Positions 1-11,689 of a stretch of DNA of 64,000 nt are shown one piece after another. Source of the DNA: Raillietiella orientalis (lineage: Eukaryota); contig JAYWIR010000070.1 of NCBI GenBank assembly GCA_036172245.1, positions 1-64,000 of the forward strand, read 5' to 3'. A program made the position numbers and the translations under genes. Under the pieces are notes generated by a model, which was not told where the DNA came from, did no database searches, and saw only the letters and a program-made list of their open reading frames with translations. How positions within the stretch are numbered: the stretch's first letter is position 1; each line of letters opens with the position of its first letter.

Positions 1-1670
1 ACGCGCCTTGCCGCTTTCGGAGAACCAAGCAGAACGCCGCGACTGCTCCAGGTGGCTCCAAGGATGCCTTCCTGATGCCAGAAGAGCGGCTTATTCTTGG
101 GAGTTAAGAAGTCGCGCCTTCTCTTCGGAGACGAGAGTACCTCTGGACCCTGGGCGCACCGTAACCCGCTGAGCCTTACCTCCGGCAAGGTCGAAGCCCC
201 TTCCACAGGCTCCATACGAAGCGCAGCGGGAGAAAGGCCGAGGAGCGGGGGGCGCTCAGTCCACCCGAAGGAAGCCCAGTGGTCACGTCCTCCCTCCCCT
301 TTCCCCTGAAGACTCCCTCAGCACCTCCCCGGGCGCCGGAAGTGTAGCTGAAGCCCCAGCTTTGACGCGCGCTTCTCGAAAACGTTGCCAGATGGCGAGC
401 GGGTGGCACCCTCGGGCTGCTCGCGCCCTCCGTCCGCCCCTGTCTACCCAGACCGGCGACAACCGCACGACCCGTGGTGCTCTGGAGCTCGTCACGCCCG
501 ACGGCGTTCCTCTAGTTCGATTGTACTGCAGAAGACGCCGAGGAAGAAACAGAGGAAGTAACTGAGAACCTGGAGTGACCCGGGGACACCGAGTGACCTG
601 CAAGCCCGAGGCGACCTGAGACCTGCGAACCTCCAGCACACTCGAGCACACTGTGTGACCATCACGAACATCGCCCACGGGGTTCCGAGGCCCTTAGATG
701 GTAGCGTCCACTCGCGTTTCCAGGTCCGCGCAAGCTCGGGGGATGCTGCTGCCTGTTGCAGACTGCAACCAGGCTGAGCGGGTTGCCGGAGCAACCGGAT
801 CTGTCTGCAGGCGGGAGAGATCGGCATGAGGGACCACGCGCACGGACAGCTGGCCGCTCCTTTTGGGTGCCGATCTCTCCTTCCTTTCCAGCGGAAATGA
901 CCCCTGAGTCCCGGAGAAGGTGCCGCTTCGCCTCAGGATCCGCGGGAAGGTCGCTCCAAGAACATGACTCTACTCTGGACGCCCCTCTGAGTGGCGCGTT
1001 CGTCCCACGATGGGGGGAGGGTCGTGGGGGTGCTGACGATCGAGAGTTCCGGGAGACCGAACCAGGATTTCCGTCCTCAGGCAGACAGGATTCCTTCGGG
1101 AGGAGGCGACCTATCCCTATGGAAAGAGGACGGAAAAAGGGAAAGTTCCTCGGTGACCGAGGTCGACAGCTCCCTCAGGGTCCTTTTGCTCGCACCTCGC
1201 TGACCACCTCCGTTTGGAACAGGCGCGTTCAAGAAAGGTCTTTTGACGAACCCTGTCGGCGGTGCGGAGGTGAGGGAGACAGCAGCAACGCAGAGAATGT
1301 CCACTGCAGTCATTGCCTGCCCTCCTCCCCAATCTCCTTTCCGGGACCCTCAAGAAAAGAGTGGCCTCTCGGAGCTTCCAGCCCGCGAGTCCCCCAAGGG
1401 CGAATGGTACGTTGGGCGACCCTTGTCGTCAGCAGACTCCGCCTCGGGGGGGAGGGGGGAGCTGCCTCCTGCACTCCCTTTACTCTCCTCCGCTCGGTCT
1501 CGATCCTCCGAGGGTGGTGGGCGAGGAATAGCCGGAGACCAAAGGCGACCGAGTTCATCCCCTGGGACGGGGAAGGAGGGAAAAGGAAAGCACCGTACCT
1601 TGTCGCCGATGCCCGAGGCGGTGACCACCACCTGCTTCTCACTCGAGATTTTCTCTTTCGCTGCATCTAA
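1..1670. mobile_element. GC-rich, low-complexity segment, probably decayed gag-like ORF1 of a non-LTR element
   Basis: Minus-strand 'AMFVMVTQCARVCWRF' (~620-690) and plus-strand 'CRRCGGEGD' (~1255-1285) both resemble broken CCHC knuckles. Composition resembles 61-64 kb. Orientation unresolved. Confidence 0.25.
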
Positions 1671-1695
1671 AACGAAGCAGAGACAGACTGTTAGT

Positions 1696-1762
1696 GGAGG
1701 TGACGTCCTCATGGAACAGTCCGCAGCAGCCCGGAGGTGACGTCCTCATGGACGTCACCTCC
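1696..1762. repeat. 20-bp direct repeat plus perfect 13-bp inverted repeat (hairpin)
   Basis: GGAGGTGACGTCCTCATGGA at 1696-1715 and 1733-1752. GGAGGTGACGTCC-TCAT-GGACGTCACCTCC at 1733-1762. Confidence 0.9.
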
Positions 1763-1999
1763 ATGAAAACGAGAACGGAGAAAAAAGAAGGGGGGCGAGA
1801 AGAGGAGGAGGAAGGGATGAGATCACCTTCCTGGTAAAAATCAGCAAACAGTTCTGCGGCAAAGGGAGGGAGGACCATGTGGATTTCATCGCGACGGAGT
1901 TCAGAGCTGCCACTTTTTTTTAATGATGAGCATCGGCATCGCTTACTGCGATGACTCCTTCCTCTAACTGTGTGCTTTTAGCATTAAATTTGATCTAAT

Positions 2000-2990
2000 T
2001 TTGAAGGATTTCGCCTAATCTGTTTTCTGTGAATTCTTTTCAGTGTTCCCATCGTAACATCCACTTGCTGAAATATTGCTAAACTTTCAGTTTGGGCTGT
2101 TCTAGAGCTTACAGCCATTCCCTGAATGGGTGCTTTTGTCTATCTCGCTTCAGTCACACCGTTCGAGGATCGCTGGCTGCGAAGGGCTTGAGATTTTGAG
2201 CACCGTCTGACTGGAAGGAATGAAAATTCAGGGCTCGGAGATTTACTGGCATCAACACAAAAGTCTTTCGGCAGGATGTCTGAACAGTTGATTCGGTTAT
2301 TATTATTACAGGCAGCTTCCTGTTTACAGATGTTTGGACAACTTAGCGCAATCAAAGTTTCCATTGTGGGAATGCTTCAAGTCGTTTTGCCTACATGTTC
2401 GAAACCACTTTCACGGTGGTTGCATCACTGGGGACAGGTGCCTCATTGGTGTCCATGCTCCGTCAGCCCAACCTTTAGTTCGCACGCAAGCATTTGAGTA
2501 CAAAAATTGCTTGACTTTCTTTTTGCGCAGCCAAATTCGGGCTGATGATCTGGCACGTTAATCTGCAATCGTCTGACTGACTCATCTTGCATCTGCTCCT
2601 GCAGTCTGTTAACAAAAGGACAAAAGGATGCATACTGTCAAAAGGTGGTGCACACGAGTCAAAAGATGATTCAGACTTGTAGATTCAAAAGTCGTCTCGT
2701 CTCAATGATGAAATGCAACGCAGGGCTCATCTGAGTGTCTCCCCACCATGCAAAAAGCTTTGCTGTTCTGCAGAAAAAGGTCATCAATAATCCAGAATGG
2801 CTCGAGAGTTTTCCGTTCAAAAGTTGCCCTTGGTTTCTCTTGTTGTACCAAAGAAGGTACGGAAATAAAAGAAAAATTGATACCCTGATTCGTTGTACAA
2901 TAAACAGCATGCATTCTGATTTGGGGATTGAACATTCATGGTTTATCCACTTACTTTTAGAGAGCTTTGCTTCTTTTAGCAAACTTCTAC
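2000..2990 (-). mobile_element. Degenerate C-terminal (zinc knuckle + restriction-like endonuclease) part of a Utopia/NeSL-like retrotransposon
   Basis: ORF 2140-2364 'ETLIALSCPNICKQEAACNNNNRI...KSPSPEF...SSNGVTEAR' resembles ETLPHVxNHC..RHN..R, RPD and PFENG...EAR motifs, in the expected order. Confidence 0.4.
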
Positions 2991-3248
2991 GGTAACTAGG
3001 TGATGTGGTCTCAAGAAGCATAGCTTTCGAAGTGGGCGGAGTAACGGAATGCATCGAGGACCGCGGTTACCTCTTCGCACCCTACCCGTTCGAACCTACT
3101 GTCCGTAGGAGAAGAGCCTACAAGAATCGGTGCGGATGGGCAAGGGGGTGCTCGGCAAGGCATGAGTTGCCCACGCAAATTCTCGAAAGCTGTGTGTGAC
3201 AGTCCGGCTTTTGGACCCAGAGGTACCAGCAAATGATCAAACAAATCT

Positions 3249-3493
3249 GACCTGCGTTGATGGCCGTGTGGCAACGGTCTCAGCGCGTGGCACCAAGAGT
3301 TCGGTTTCGAATTCCCACGTGGAGTATCAATGCCGAGAAATGGAAGCGTTGTGGGTTTCGACCCCCTCCCCATCCCCGCAGGAAATCGGATGCCCCCGTT
3401 GACTGTTCGAGATCCTTCCAGTCCAGGGTCCTTCCAGGAATGGAGTTCAGAGTTGGGTTCCCCTCCGGTAGAAAAAAAAAAAAAAAAAGAAAA
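3249..3493 (+). mobile_element. tRNA-derived SINE, short monomer with poly(A) tail (copy X0)
   Basis: A-box-like TGGCCGTGTGG and B-box-like GGTTTCGAATTCC (3303-3315). Body aligns with the reverse complement of 30310-30589. A17 at 3472-3488. Confidence 0.8.
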
Positions 3494-3699
3494 TCAGAGA
3501 AACGACGTAGGAAAGATGCGAACCGGCGGCTTTCCGACATCAGCAAATACCGGAGGTCTACTCGAGGCTTCAGATGTGGTGCTTCACAATGAGGATCAAG
3601 TCATCATCATTCTCGACCTCTCCTCACTTGCGAGAAGACTGAGATGGCATCGGATGAAACACAGCAGAGGAAGGTAATAAGTGCTGGGACGGTCGCTCC

Positions 3700-4200
3700 T
3701 TCGCTTCCAGAGCAGTACCTACAGCTGCGCAACAGCTGGTGAAAGAATTTTCTGTAGGCCTGGAGCCTGAAGAGCGGCTATCTGCTCAGAGAATGCAGGG
3801 GGTTTCACGCGGCCAGGGGAAAACCGTAGCTGAGGATGGCGTGCGCCAGCGCATCCCAGCCAGACACGTGCTAGGCTCGCCTCTGGGGTCGCCGGACAGC
3901 ATGAGTGGTGCTCGCAGTGACCGTGAACGCGATATCGCACTTTCGACTCAATGAACAGTCGGTGATGATCGCAGGGAATTCTCTCCGAAAAAAACACCAA
4001 CTTTTCTTGCATCCTGCCTCTTGGAAAATGCACTTGCGTGCTCCTTTTCCCTTGGAAATTTTTCCGAGTCTCTTCCCGAATCTTGCCCGGCCAAACCTAC
4101 CACCAACCGATCCTGGCGACATATGCAATATTAGACAGAATGGGATTCGCAGAGCTTCTGTGTAGATTTTATGACTCAAGAGTCAAAGAGAGTTCCGATG
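3700..4200 (-). mobile_element. Possible decayed LINE ORF2 3' end (zinc-finger region)
   Basis: ORF 3719-4033 contains 'HGHCEHHSCCPATPEASLARVW', loosely like the C..C..E..H....C...VW LINE motif. Confidence 0.25.
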
Positions 4201-4216
4201 CGGGCAGTCATCGGAT

Positions 4217-4530
4217 TACAGGAGGAGCATTTCCAAAGTAAAAGCCGATCGGGTACCAAGAAAGAACAAATAGGAGAAACGAAAACGTATGAGTGGTTTG
4301 AAACACATACGTCCCCATATCATTTTCCTACGAAGTGACCATTTTTTTCCAAACACTTTTGACACCTTGGGGCAAGTTTTTTGAAACCGTCTGCATAAAA
4401 TTCCGCCGCCTGGGAGTTCAGCCACTTCAGCAGCAGCGCAGTTTTCAACTCCTCCCTTTCCCCCTCGAAACGCTGAGATGCAAGCCACTTCCGGAGGTGC
4501 AGGAAGGAAGACGTAGTAGTCACTGAGCGC
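4217..4530 (-). mobile_element. mariner (DD34D) transposon 3' fragment: transposase C-terminus plus terminal inverted repeat
   Basis: Minus-strand 'ALSDYYVFL(fs)HLRKWLASQRFEGEREELKTALLLKWLNSQAAEFYADGFKKLAPRCQKCLEKNGHFVGK' matches the mariner APSDYxLF...L.R..KC...G.YVEK C-terminus. End TA-CAGGAGGAGCATTTCCAAAGTAA at 4217-4241 looks like a mariner TIR with a TA target. Confidence 0.85.
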
Positions 4531-4779
4531 TTAGTTTCGGAAGAAGGTTCGTTCGACCTCAGTAGCAAAGCGCCCTTCTGCCTTTGCCTGTTCTCTAGCG
4601 CTTCGTTCCGGAAGAACGTGCCTTCCGCCTCTATCCTTCCCGGAGGCAGATTCTTTGTTTTCCGGTGTAGGAAAAACTGAATACAATGTCGTTTCGTTAT
4701 TTTTTTTTTTATAGCCTCTCTTTTTGCAAAAATCAAAATTGTACACCATGAGTGGACAAAATGAAGAGCTCACCTTACA

Positions 4780-6000
4780 GTCTTTATAGATTTTTGATAG
4801 TTTCTATCTATGTCATCTTGGGAAGCGTCCCTGGAAGCGCCCGCAGCCATTTCGTATACTGCTGCTGGGATCTGTCGGACGGAAGTTTCGCATCGGTAAC
4901 CAGCATTTGTCGCATGGCAGAGCGACAAGAAATGAAATCACCCACGAGCATTTTCCGGAAACGTAGTAAAAGGCCTTTCTTCTGTCTGATAAATATGGAT
5001 GCTGATGATGCATTTTTCAAAAACCCCGAAATCAAGTTTTCACCCTCCGAACCTGCACTTCAAGCAGCAGTCACGAAACCACGAGCTGCTTTTCTGAAAA
5101 CTCACATTTCACAGATGAAAGCGGAACATTGCTTTCTGGGAAGTCCGAATTCCGAAGCACTCTTTTGTTTGCTATGGAAGCTTTCGTCAAGCCTTCTAAG
5201 CGATCCAATGGAAGAAGTTTGTTTCTCTACTGGAAAAGTAACGGATAGAAACGTTCAAACTCTGACATTCGCTTTGGCTTCGATTTTTGGGTTGATTCAC
5301 TCGAACGACCACTTTCCACTTTCCAAGTGAAATCTTCGATTTAGGATGAATCTGCGCCGTCATCGTCATCTGCACTAAGAGAAACTGTGTTTTCTTCCGT
5401 CTACAAATAATCGTAAGCACTCTGACACGAAAGCCGGTGCGTCTCGCATCAGGGAAGGGACTCCGTTTGGCGCCGCCTCCATTTCGTGACATGACTTTAT
5501 GTCATCATTGCTTTCGCAGCCGAACCCCGATACTTCAAGAACTCCGATAACAGCCTGAAATGTGCCATTCGTGCTTTCGTTGCGAATGCCCCTATTTGGT
5601 GTGCAGTATCTCCGGATTAAATGGAGAACTTCCGAATGCTTTTCCTCACGTGTGCTGGAATTCCTGCAATGCGACCAGGGACTGCCCAGGCCATGTCACA
5701 GTGGAGTTCACAGCAGTCTTCCTCTCTTGTTCCATATTCTTCTGCAGAAAGGTCGATTCGATAGAACGACATAAGTTGCTTATCCTTCTGCATAGAAAAC
5801 GAGTCATGCCGTCATTGCATCTGCCAAACGGAAATTCCGTTCTGCCACTTTCCAACAAATCCTCACAGAAAACAATGAAATGTGAATCTTTCTTCTCGCC
5901 TTTCTGCAATGCAAAGGGTCCAATAATCAACTGAGGTCTTCAGAAACAATATTCCTATCTTCCTTGAGGCTGGTACTGGAATTCTCTGGAGTTCTCTGGC
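4780..6000 (-). mobile_element. Degenerate RT of an R2/NeSL/Utopia-type retrotransposon
   Basis: Minus-strand motifs in order: 'GPFALQ' (~WRPIALQ), 'FPFGRCN' (~FLPFDGC), 'KAFGSSP' (~NAFGSVP, ~5625-5645), 'GAKRSPFP' (~GVKQGCPLSP), 'DGRKHS..ADD' (~5365-5405). Confidence 0.55.
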
Positions 6001-8351
6001 ATACGATTCGCGTGGTTTTCTGTGAGCGAAGTTAGTTGAATGCAGCGTCTACGTTTCGACAATTCTAGAAGCTGCTACATATTTTTGAATAGCATGGTAA
6101 ACATGATTGCGTACCAGCACTTATCTCTACCAAAGTGTCGAACCCCTTCTATATTCTACTTGTTGGTTACGAAACAGCATCTGAAGCATATGAATCGCAC
6201 CAATCCTGGGCTTCTTACTGAGCAACTGACAGTGACCTGGCTGCCTCTGAGACAGATGAAAGAAAGAAAACTAACAAGTAGCAACGAGCCTAGCAACGGC
6301 AAGATGAGAAGCAAGACTCAACCATTTACACTCTCGCATTCCCAGAGTTTACGGCAGCTCCCAGAACACTGGTCTAGCTACCATCAAAGGTGTGCGCGAA
6401 TCGAATGCGAGAGACCAGCAGCAAATAAGAACAAGTATCCACATACAGCCTGTTTAGTCCAGGGACACATACTGGAATGAAGTTGCAGACTCTGCACCTG
6501 AACCGCTGAGTCTTCGTAATCTTATCTCCAGAGTCTTCTAAAGGATGACGGGCTCAGAGGACGGTGAAAGCCTTCCAAAAGACTGGGTGAGCAGCAGTCA
6601 CCTCCGCGGTGGGGTGGCGCAGATGCGATCAGTTCCCTGCACGCAAGCAAAAGAGGTACCAAAAGAAAGAAGGGATAGCAGACTCTGGAAAAGGACGACT
6701 TTAACCGCAAGTTCACTCAGGCTTCAGCCAGTGGATCGGGAGCGTGGATGATGAAAACGTCCTCATAGACGCTCTCTTCTGAGGCAAGGAGCCTTAGCAT
6801 CTCAAGAAGTTTGAATGATCCGAAACCGGCAGGGATCACCAGTACTTCCTCGTTCGTGCCAACGACCGCCAACCCAAAGATGCTCTTGCCACGCAGTTGC
6901 GGTGGACCCATCACAACCGCGCAACAAGTTTCAGCGATGCTCCAGAGAGTTTTCGGAGTTCATCTGCATGATCACGGACTCAGCTACCGTCCTCGCTCTC
7001 GCTCTCTAAGCATCTTGGTGTCCATGTTCAAAACCGTGGGGAAATAGCAGTTGGGTCTAGGTCGCTCAGGTGATCTCTTTTAAACAGCCGGACCCTTACC
7101 GCAGTTGCTGCGTGTCTCAACTTGCTAATTCTGCTCACTTTTGCTTCTAAAGAATTTCTGAAGCTGGTGATAGTTCATATGCACCGGAAGCGCCTCGATA
7201 GGTTAGCGGGAAAGATTTTGCCCCTGTAGAAGCGGCTTCGAGAGCTTACCAGAGTGACTCCCCGAGAAGCTCGAATGAAGCAGACTTCGATGGAAGATGC
7301 CCCCGTTTAGGACCTAGGGCTACCAACGAGGCAATGCGCTTGAGTGCAAACGCGTTCCGAGCCCGGCTGCCTTCTTTGCCGCGTACCCTGCAAAGGCCAC
7401 CACATGTTTTTTGCTGCCTACTTAAGACGTAATGACTTACGGAGAGTCTTCTTGAGCGTTCTCCCCAAGAAAAAAGTTCGACATTGTTCTTCTTCCTTGC
7501 CTCATCTCTGGGCACAGGTGGTCATCTGGATAAACGTAATCGACCGAGTTGGACATGCCACGCTCCGTTGCCAAAAGTTTAAGGCGCGCACTGCTTTGCT
7601 CAAATGCCTAAATGCGCCTTGCTGTGCATCCTTACAGACCTGACGTCATCTGCTATCAGAAAAACACCGTTGCTAATAGTTCCTCCCGTATCGCGACCAG
7701 GAGACTCACCCTGACCTCAGGGCGTGATGACACAGTCGATGGACTGTGGAGGCACAGAACCCTTCAGAACAAACGCGCTGACCTCACCCTTCCTGTTAGG
7801 CTTCTTGAGTGCTGTTTGAGGCAGCAACACGCCACTCCGCACGCACGCCGGAAGCTACGCTGTGGTTTCTGCTTCAGCCCCGTGAAGTGATCTCGATCTC
7901 GTACACCACCTGCGCTGAGATTCCTTTACAGAAGCAGAAGATTGCAGAATGTGCGTCACAGCAAATCTCTTGGCTTCCCATATCAGGCAACTGAAATTAT
8001 TTCAGAATAAATTAAAATAAATAAACCTTCATTACTACATAAAAATAACTAATTAATCCAAACACTTATTTTAAAGATTTACTTATGTTCACACCTCCGC
8101 TTCGGAGAGCGGCAGCTACCCTCTCTCTCATCATTCGTACAGAAGACTCGAGGGTGTGCTTCTGTCCGATCATCGTCGCATTGATTGATTCTTTTTTCTT
8201 AGGCGAAAGCTGAAAAACCGGCGACGGCTGGCATGCCGCAGCTGGCTGGCATGTTTTTTCATTTTTCCATCGCTCTGAAGTGCAAAGCCTTATCTATGCT
8301 GCATGCTCTCCTACTTCTTTCAGGAGTCTGGCAGCAGAGCGAAAGTAGACT

Positions 8352-9704
8352 TTGTCGAGGCGTCGAGAGATGGCGCCTACCTCCATCGATGTCGTAGTGG
8401 CACACCTTGTCCCACCGGCAGGGTTTGTGTTGATAACTGCTGACGAGAGCACAGGACAAAGCGTGGTACGCTTCCGGTCTCTGTCTTCCAGTCAGGGAGT
8501 CTTAAACGCGTCCCAGAGTGGCCCGATTCGGCTCTCGGGAGTTCGACCTCAGTTTCCGTCCAGTGCGAGAGTTCAGACGTTGCACGGAGAAGAGATGGAA
8601 GACCTGAGAGCCGTAGTAAGTACTGAAGTACCGTGCACCGAACCCATCTCCATCTTGAATATAGATGTCAAATGGCTGGCAATGATCTGGGTCAACCGCC
8701 TGAAGAAGGTCCTGTCGTCGTTGATTTCTGAGGCGCAGACATGCTCCGTGCCTGGATGGCGCATGTTTGACAACGTGAAGTGCGTCCAGACCACCAAAGG
8801 CTACAACCGGTGCGTTAGTGACAACCTGGAGACGGCCTCCACAGACATGGAAAGACATTCGACACTGTGTACCACGGGATGCTGCTACGAATACTTGGAG
8901 AAGATGAACTGCTCACAGTACTTCCCGGAGTACGTGCGGATGACCCTCAGAAACATGTACTTCAAAATTCGATTGAATGGACACGAGACGGAGACAATTC
9001 GGACAGAAAGGGGAATCCGTCAAGAAGACTTCCTGACTCCGAGGCTGTTCGTAAGCTGTATGGAAGCTGTATCGGCGATCATTGACCGAAAAGTCCGCCT
9101 CCAAGGAGTGACAATCGGATATGACCACGTGACCCACCTAGCATATGCGGACGACCTTCTCTTCTTTTTGAAAGACGATAAGGATCAGCACGCATTTCAG
9201 GAAGCAGTCAAATCAATGGAAAAAGGGTGGAGCCTGAAAATCAACACCCAGAAGCCCATCGGAATCCTGGATCTCTACACACTAAAGGAAGAAGGTCTCC
9301 GAGTGGTTGATGAAGTTAAGTACCTGGGAATCCTCATAGGATTTTCCGATCCTCGGTCCCGCAAACGCTATGGACAGAAATCCTGGGGAGATCTTGAGAA
9401 GTACGAAGCAACGAAGTACATTCGCGCGGACTTCAGCATGAAGCAGAGGGCCAACCTGTGGAGCGGAGTTTTCTTTCCTAAGGTGCTCTTCGGAGCAGCC
9501 TTCTGCTTCATATTAGACAAGACAAGGAAGCGAGGATGGAAGTGGAGCAGCTTCAAAGGAAGATCCTCTGGAGAGTGCAATTTACATGTTTGGCTGAAAG
9601 TTTCATGCCGCCCACGAGAGGGAGGTGGAAGCGGAAGGAAGTCTCTGTATCAAGTCATGGAGCGCATGGATGCACGACAACTCCTACAGCTCACCAGGAA
9701 ATGA
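8352..9704 (+). pseudogene. Reverse transcriptase pseudogene (450-aa ORF with compensating frameshifts)
   Basis: YADD motif present. The domain-3 peptide DMEKAFDTVYHGMLLRIL is readable only in the shifted frame (ORF 8867). The frame is lost again near 9540. Confidence 0.85.
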
Positions 9705-10766
9705 GAGGAATGTCCTTATGCGGCGCACCGAGCCTACACGAAGTTGGTCAACAACTCGAATGCGTGATGTCAGTATTAATAGGTCAACACGGAGAATGCG
9801 ATAGCATTGACCCGCATGGAAGAGAAAACAAGGAATGGTGACCAATCCAAAATCGTTCCAAGTAAAGAACTCTGGAAGAACTGGCAATGGTTATCCCGTA
9901 TTTTATAACGGTTCCACGGGGACCAGGAAGTGGATATTCCATAGGCCTGGAATGACCATTCGCGACTGCGAGCAATTTTCTACAAATGGTCGCGGGCACG
10001 AAATGCGACTGTATCACTACGCAAGAAAGATGGTAAGGAAATACACCTACAAGAATCGGGAACCCTGAAAGAAACTGCAAACATATGCACGGTGCCTCAT
10101 CAGTAGAAGTAACATCGAAAAAGTCCCAAAAAGAACACGTCTCCCTCAAGAAAGCTGCCAACCGCTTCGGGATTCGCAAGGTGAACCTGCTAAAGGTGGG
10201 ACGAAAAAGCTGGAGAGGCGACCTACTACGGGACACTCAGGATGAACTCCTTGTGTCCCACCACGGAGGCATCCATAGTGGCTCTCGACTAAAAACATAG
10301 GGCAGGTAATAGCCAAGATGCGCTCTGCAAAGCCTGTGGAAGATCGGGAAACACGGCCCCACGTGTTTTCACCTGCCCGACGCTGCTCAGCGACTGGACA
10401 ACACTGAAGGTAGCGATTGGCCTGCAGAAGAAAATGGAAACGGTGATCTTGGCGGGAATGCTCGAAGGAAGCGGAAACGTTCCCCGATACAGCCCCATGG
10501 TTTGCACCATCATCGCCCTCTGCATCACGGGCACCGTGATAAGGGCGAAGCTGAGGAATACCAATGCCCAAGTGCCTGCCATCAACGTCTTGAAAGGAAT
10601 CCTGCGAAGAGAAATTGGGATTAGGAATTGCGGGGGGGGCAGAGTACCCATCCGGACCTATCGTTGCATCTCGAAAAAGATGGAACACACTGCCCCAAAC
10701 GGGAAGGGCTGCTTACCAGACCCGAGTAGAGGAACTCCGAAACAGGAAGACAAAAGTAACAATTAG
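8352..10766 (+). mobile_element. L1/Tx1-type LINE, internally deleted: RT, thumb and C-terminal CCHC region
   Basis: RT motifs PISILNIDVK..NRLKKVL..LISEAQT, GIRQEDFLTPRLF, HLAYADD, KYLGI. Later 'PREGGG' and a frameshifted 'CKACG..DRETRPHVF-TCP' at ~10325-10385. Confidence 0.9.
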
Positions 10767-10854
10767 TGGGATCTTGCAGGTGCATACGGGTATGCGCGAC
10801 TGTAATTCACGGAAGCGGCCAAAAATTGACCCCATCGTTTGCTCGGACCAGGGA

Positions 10855-11618
10855 AAACCGAAGAACCGCTCGCTTTCTTGTGGAAGGCTCACGAAGCTCT
10901 TTAACGCCGTCTACGTCACCCGAGGGTGAGTGATAGGGGGTATCCCGGGAGGGGAACATCCTATGAATCCAGGAAGGCTCCGGAGGAAGGGATCCATTCG
11001 TTCCACTTCCGCTTGGGAAGGAACCTCGAAGGGAACCGCTTTTTCTTATTCCCTCCGGAAGGGGCCTCTCCATTGTTCCTTCTCTGAAGAGAACCCAAGA
11101 AGGATCCTCCCCTAAATTTCTTCACAGGAGGGAATCCGCGAGGGAACCGCTCCTCGTTTCTTCCCCCTTTGAAGAGAATCCCAAAAGGACGCTTCACGAT
11201 TCCCCTGAAGGGCGCCCTCCGCGGTGCTTCTTGACACTCTGGAGAGGCATCGGTCAGATCCGTGGTACGAGATCGAGAGTCGCTTCCCTCAGGGAAGGGA
11301 CGGCTCTATTTTTACGACCAGAGGGTAACTCCGAAAGGAACCGATTTCCTTAATTCCTGGAAGGATCCCGGAGGGTCAATTTCCAATTCCGGCCATCGGT
11401 CAATAGGGAGATCATCCAATTTGCGGCTTCCATGGTGCCGCAGTCGAAGCCTTCAGGTCAACCAGAGTCATATTGGGAATGATGGGGGAGGCGGGGGAGA
11501 TTGAAGCCCACGACGCAGCCCCCATTCTCGGCGTCGCTACTTCACGTGAGGATTCTAGTCCGCAACGCTTAGTGCCACGCAAGATTACCGTAGGCGCAAG
11601 GCCGGTCAACTTGGAGCC
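10855..11618 (-). mobile_element. tRNA-derived SINE, long form (copy X1)
   Basis: Head at 11520-11618 aligns with X0 (degenerate B box GGACTAGAATCC). Internal hairpin units at ~10975-11230. Tail GAAGCTCTTTAA..CACCCGAGGGT shared with X2, X3 and X4. Confidence 0.75.
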
Positions 11619-11689
11619 ATAGTAGCATAGACGCAGCAACCGTGTGATGCGCATTTACCCCACTCGTCTCAGAAATCATCGATTTTACT

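Noticed and set aside
6040..8000. Short ORFs as host exons (also 13.5-15.1, 36-38.8, 41.3-43.6 and 51-58 kb)
   Set aside because: No recognisable domain or consistent splice structure. These regions remain unassigned rather than excluded.
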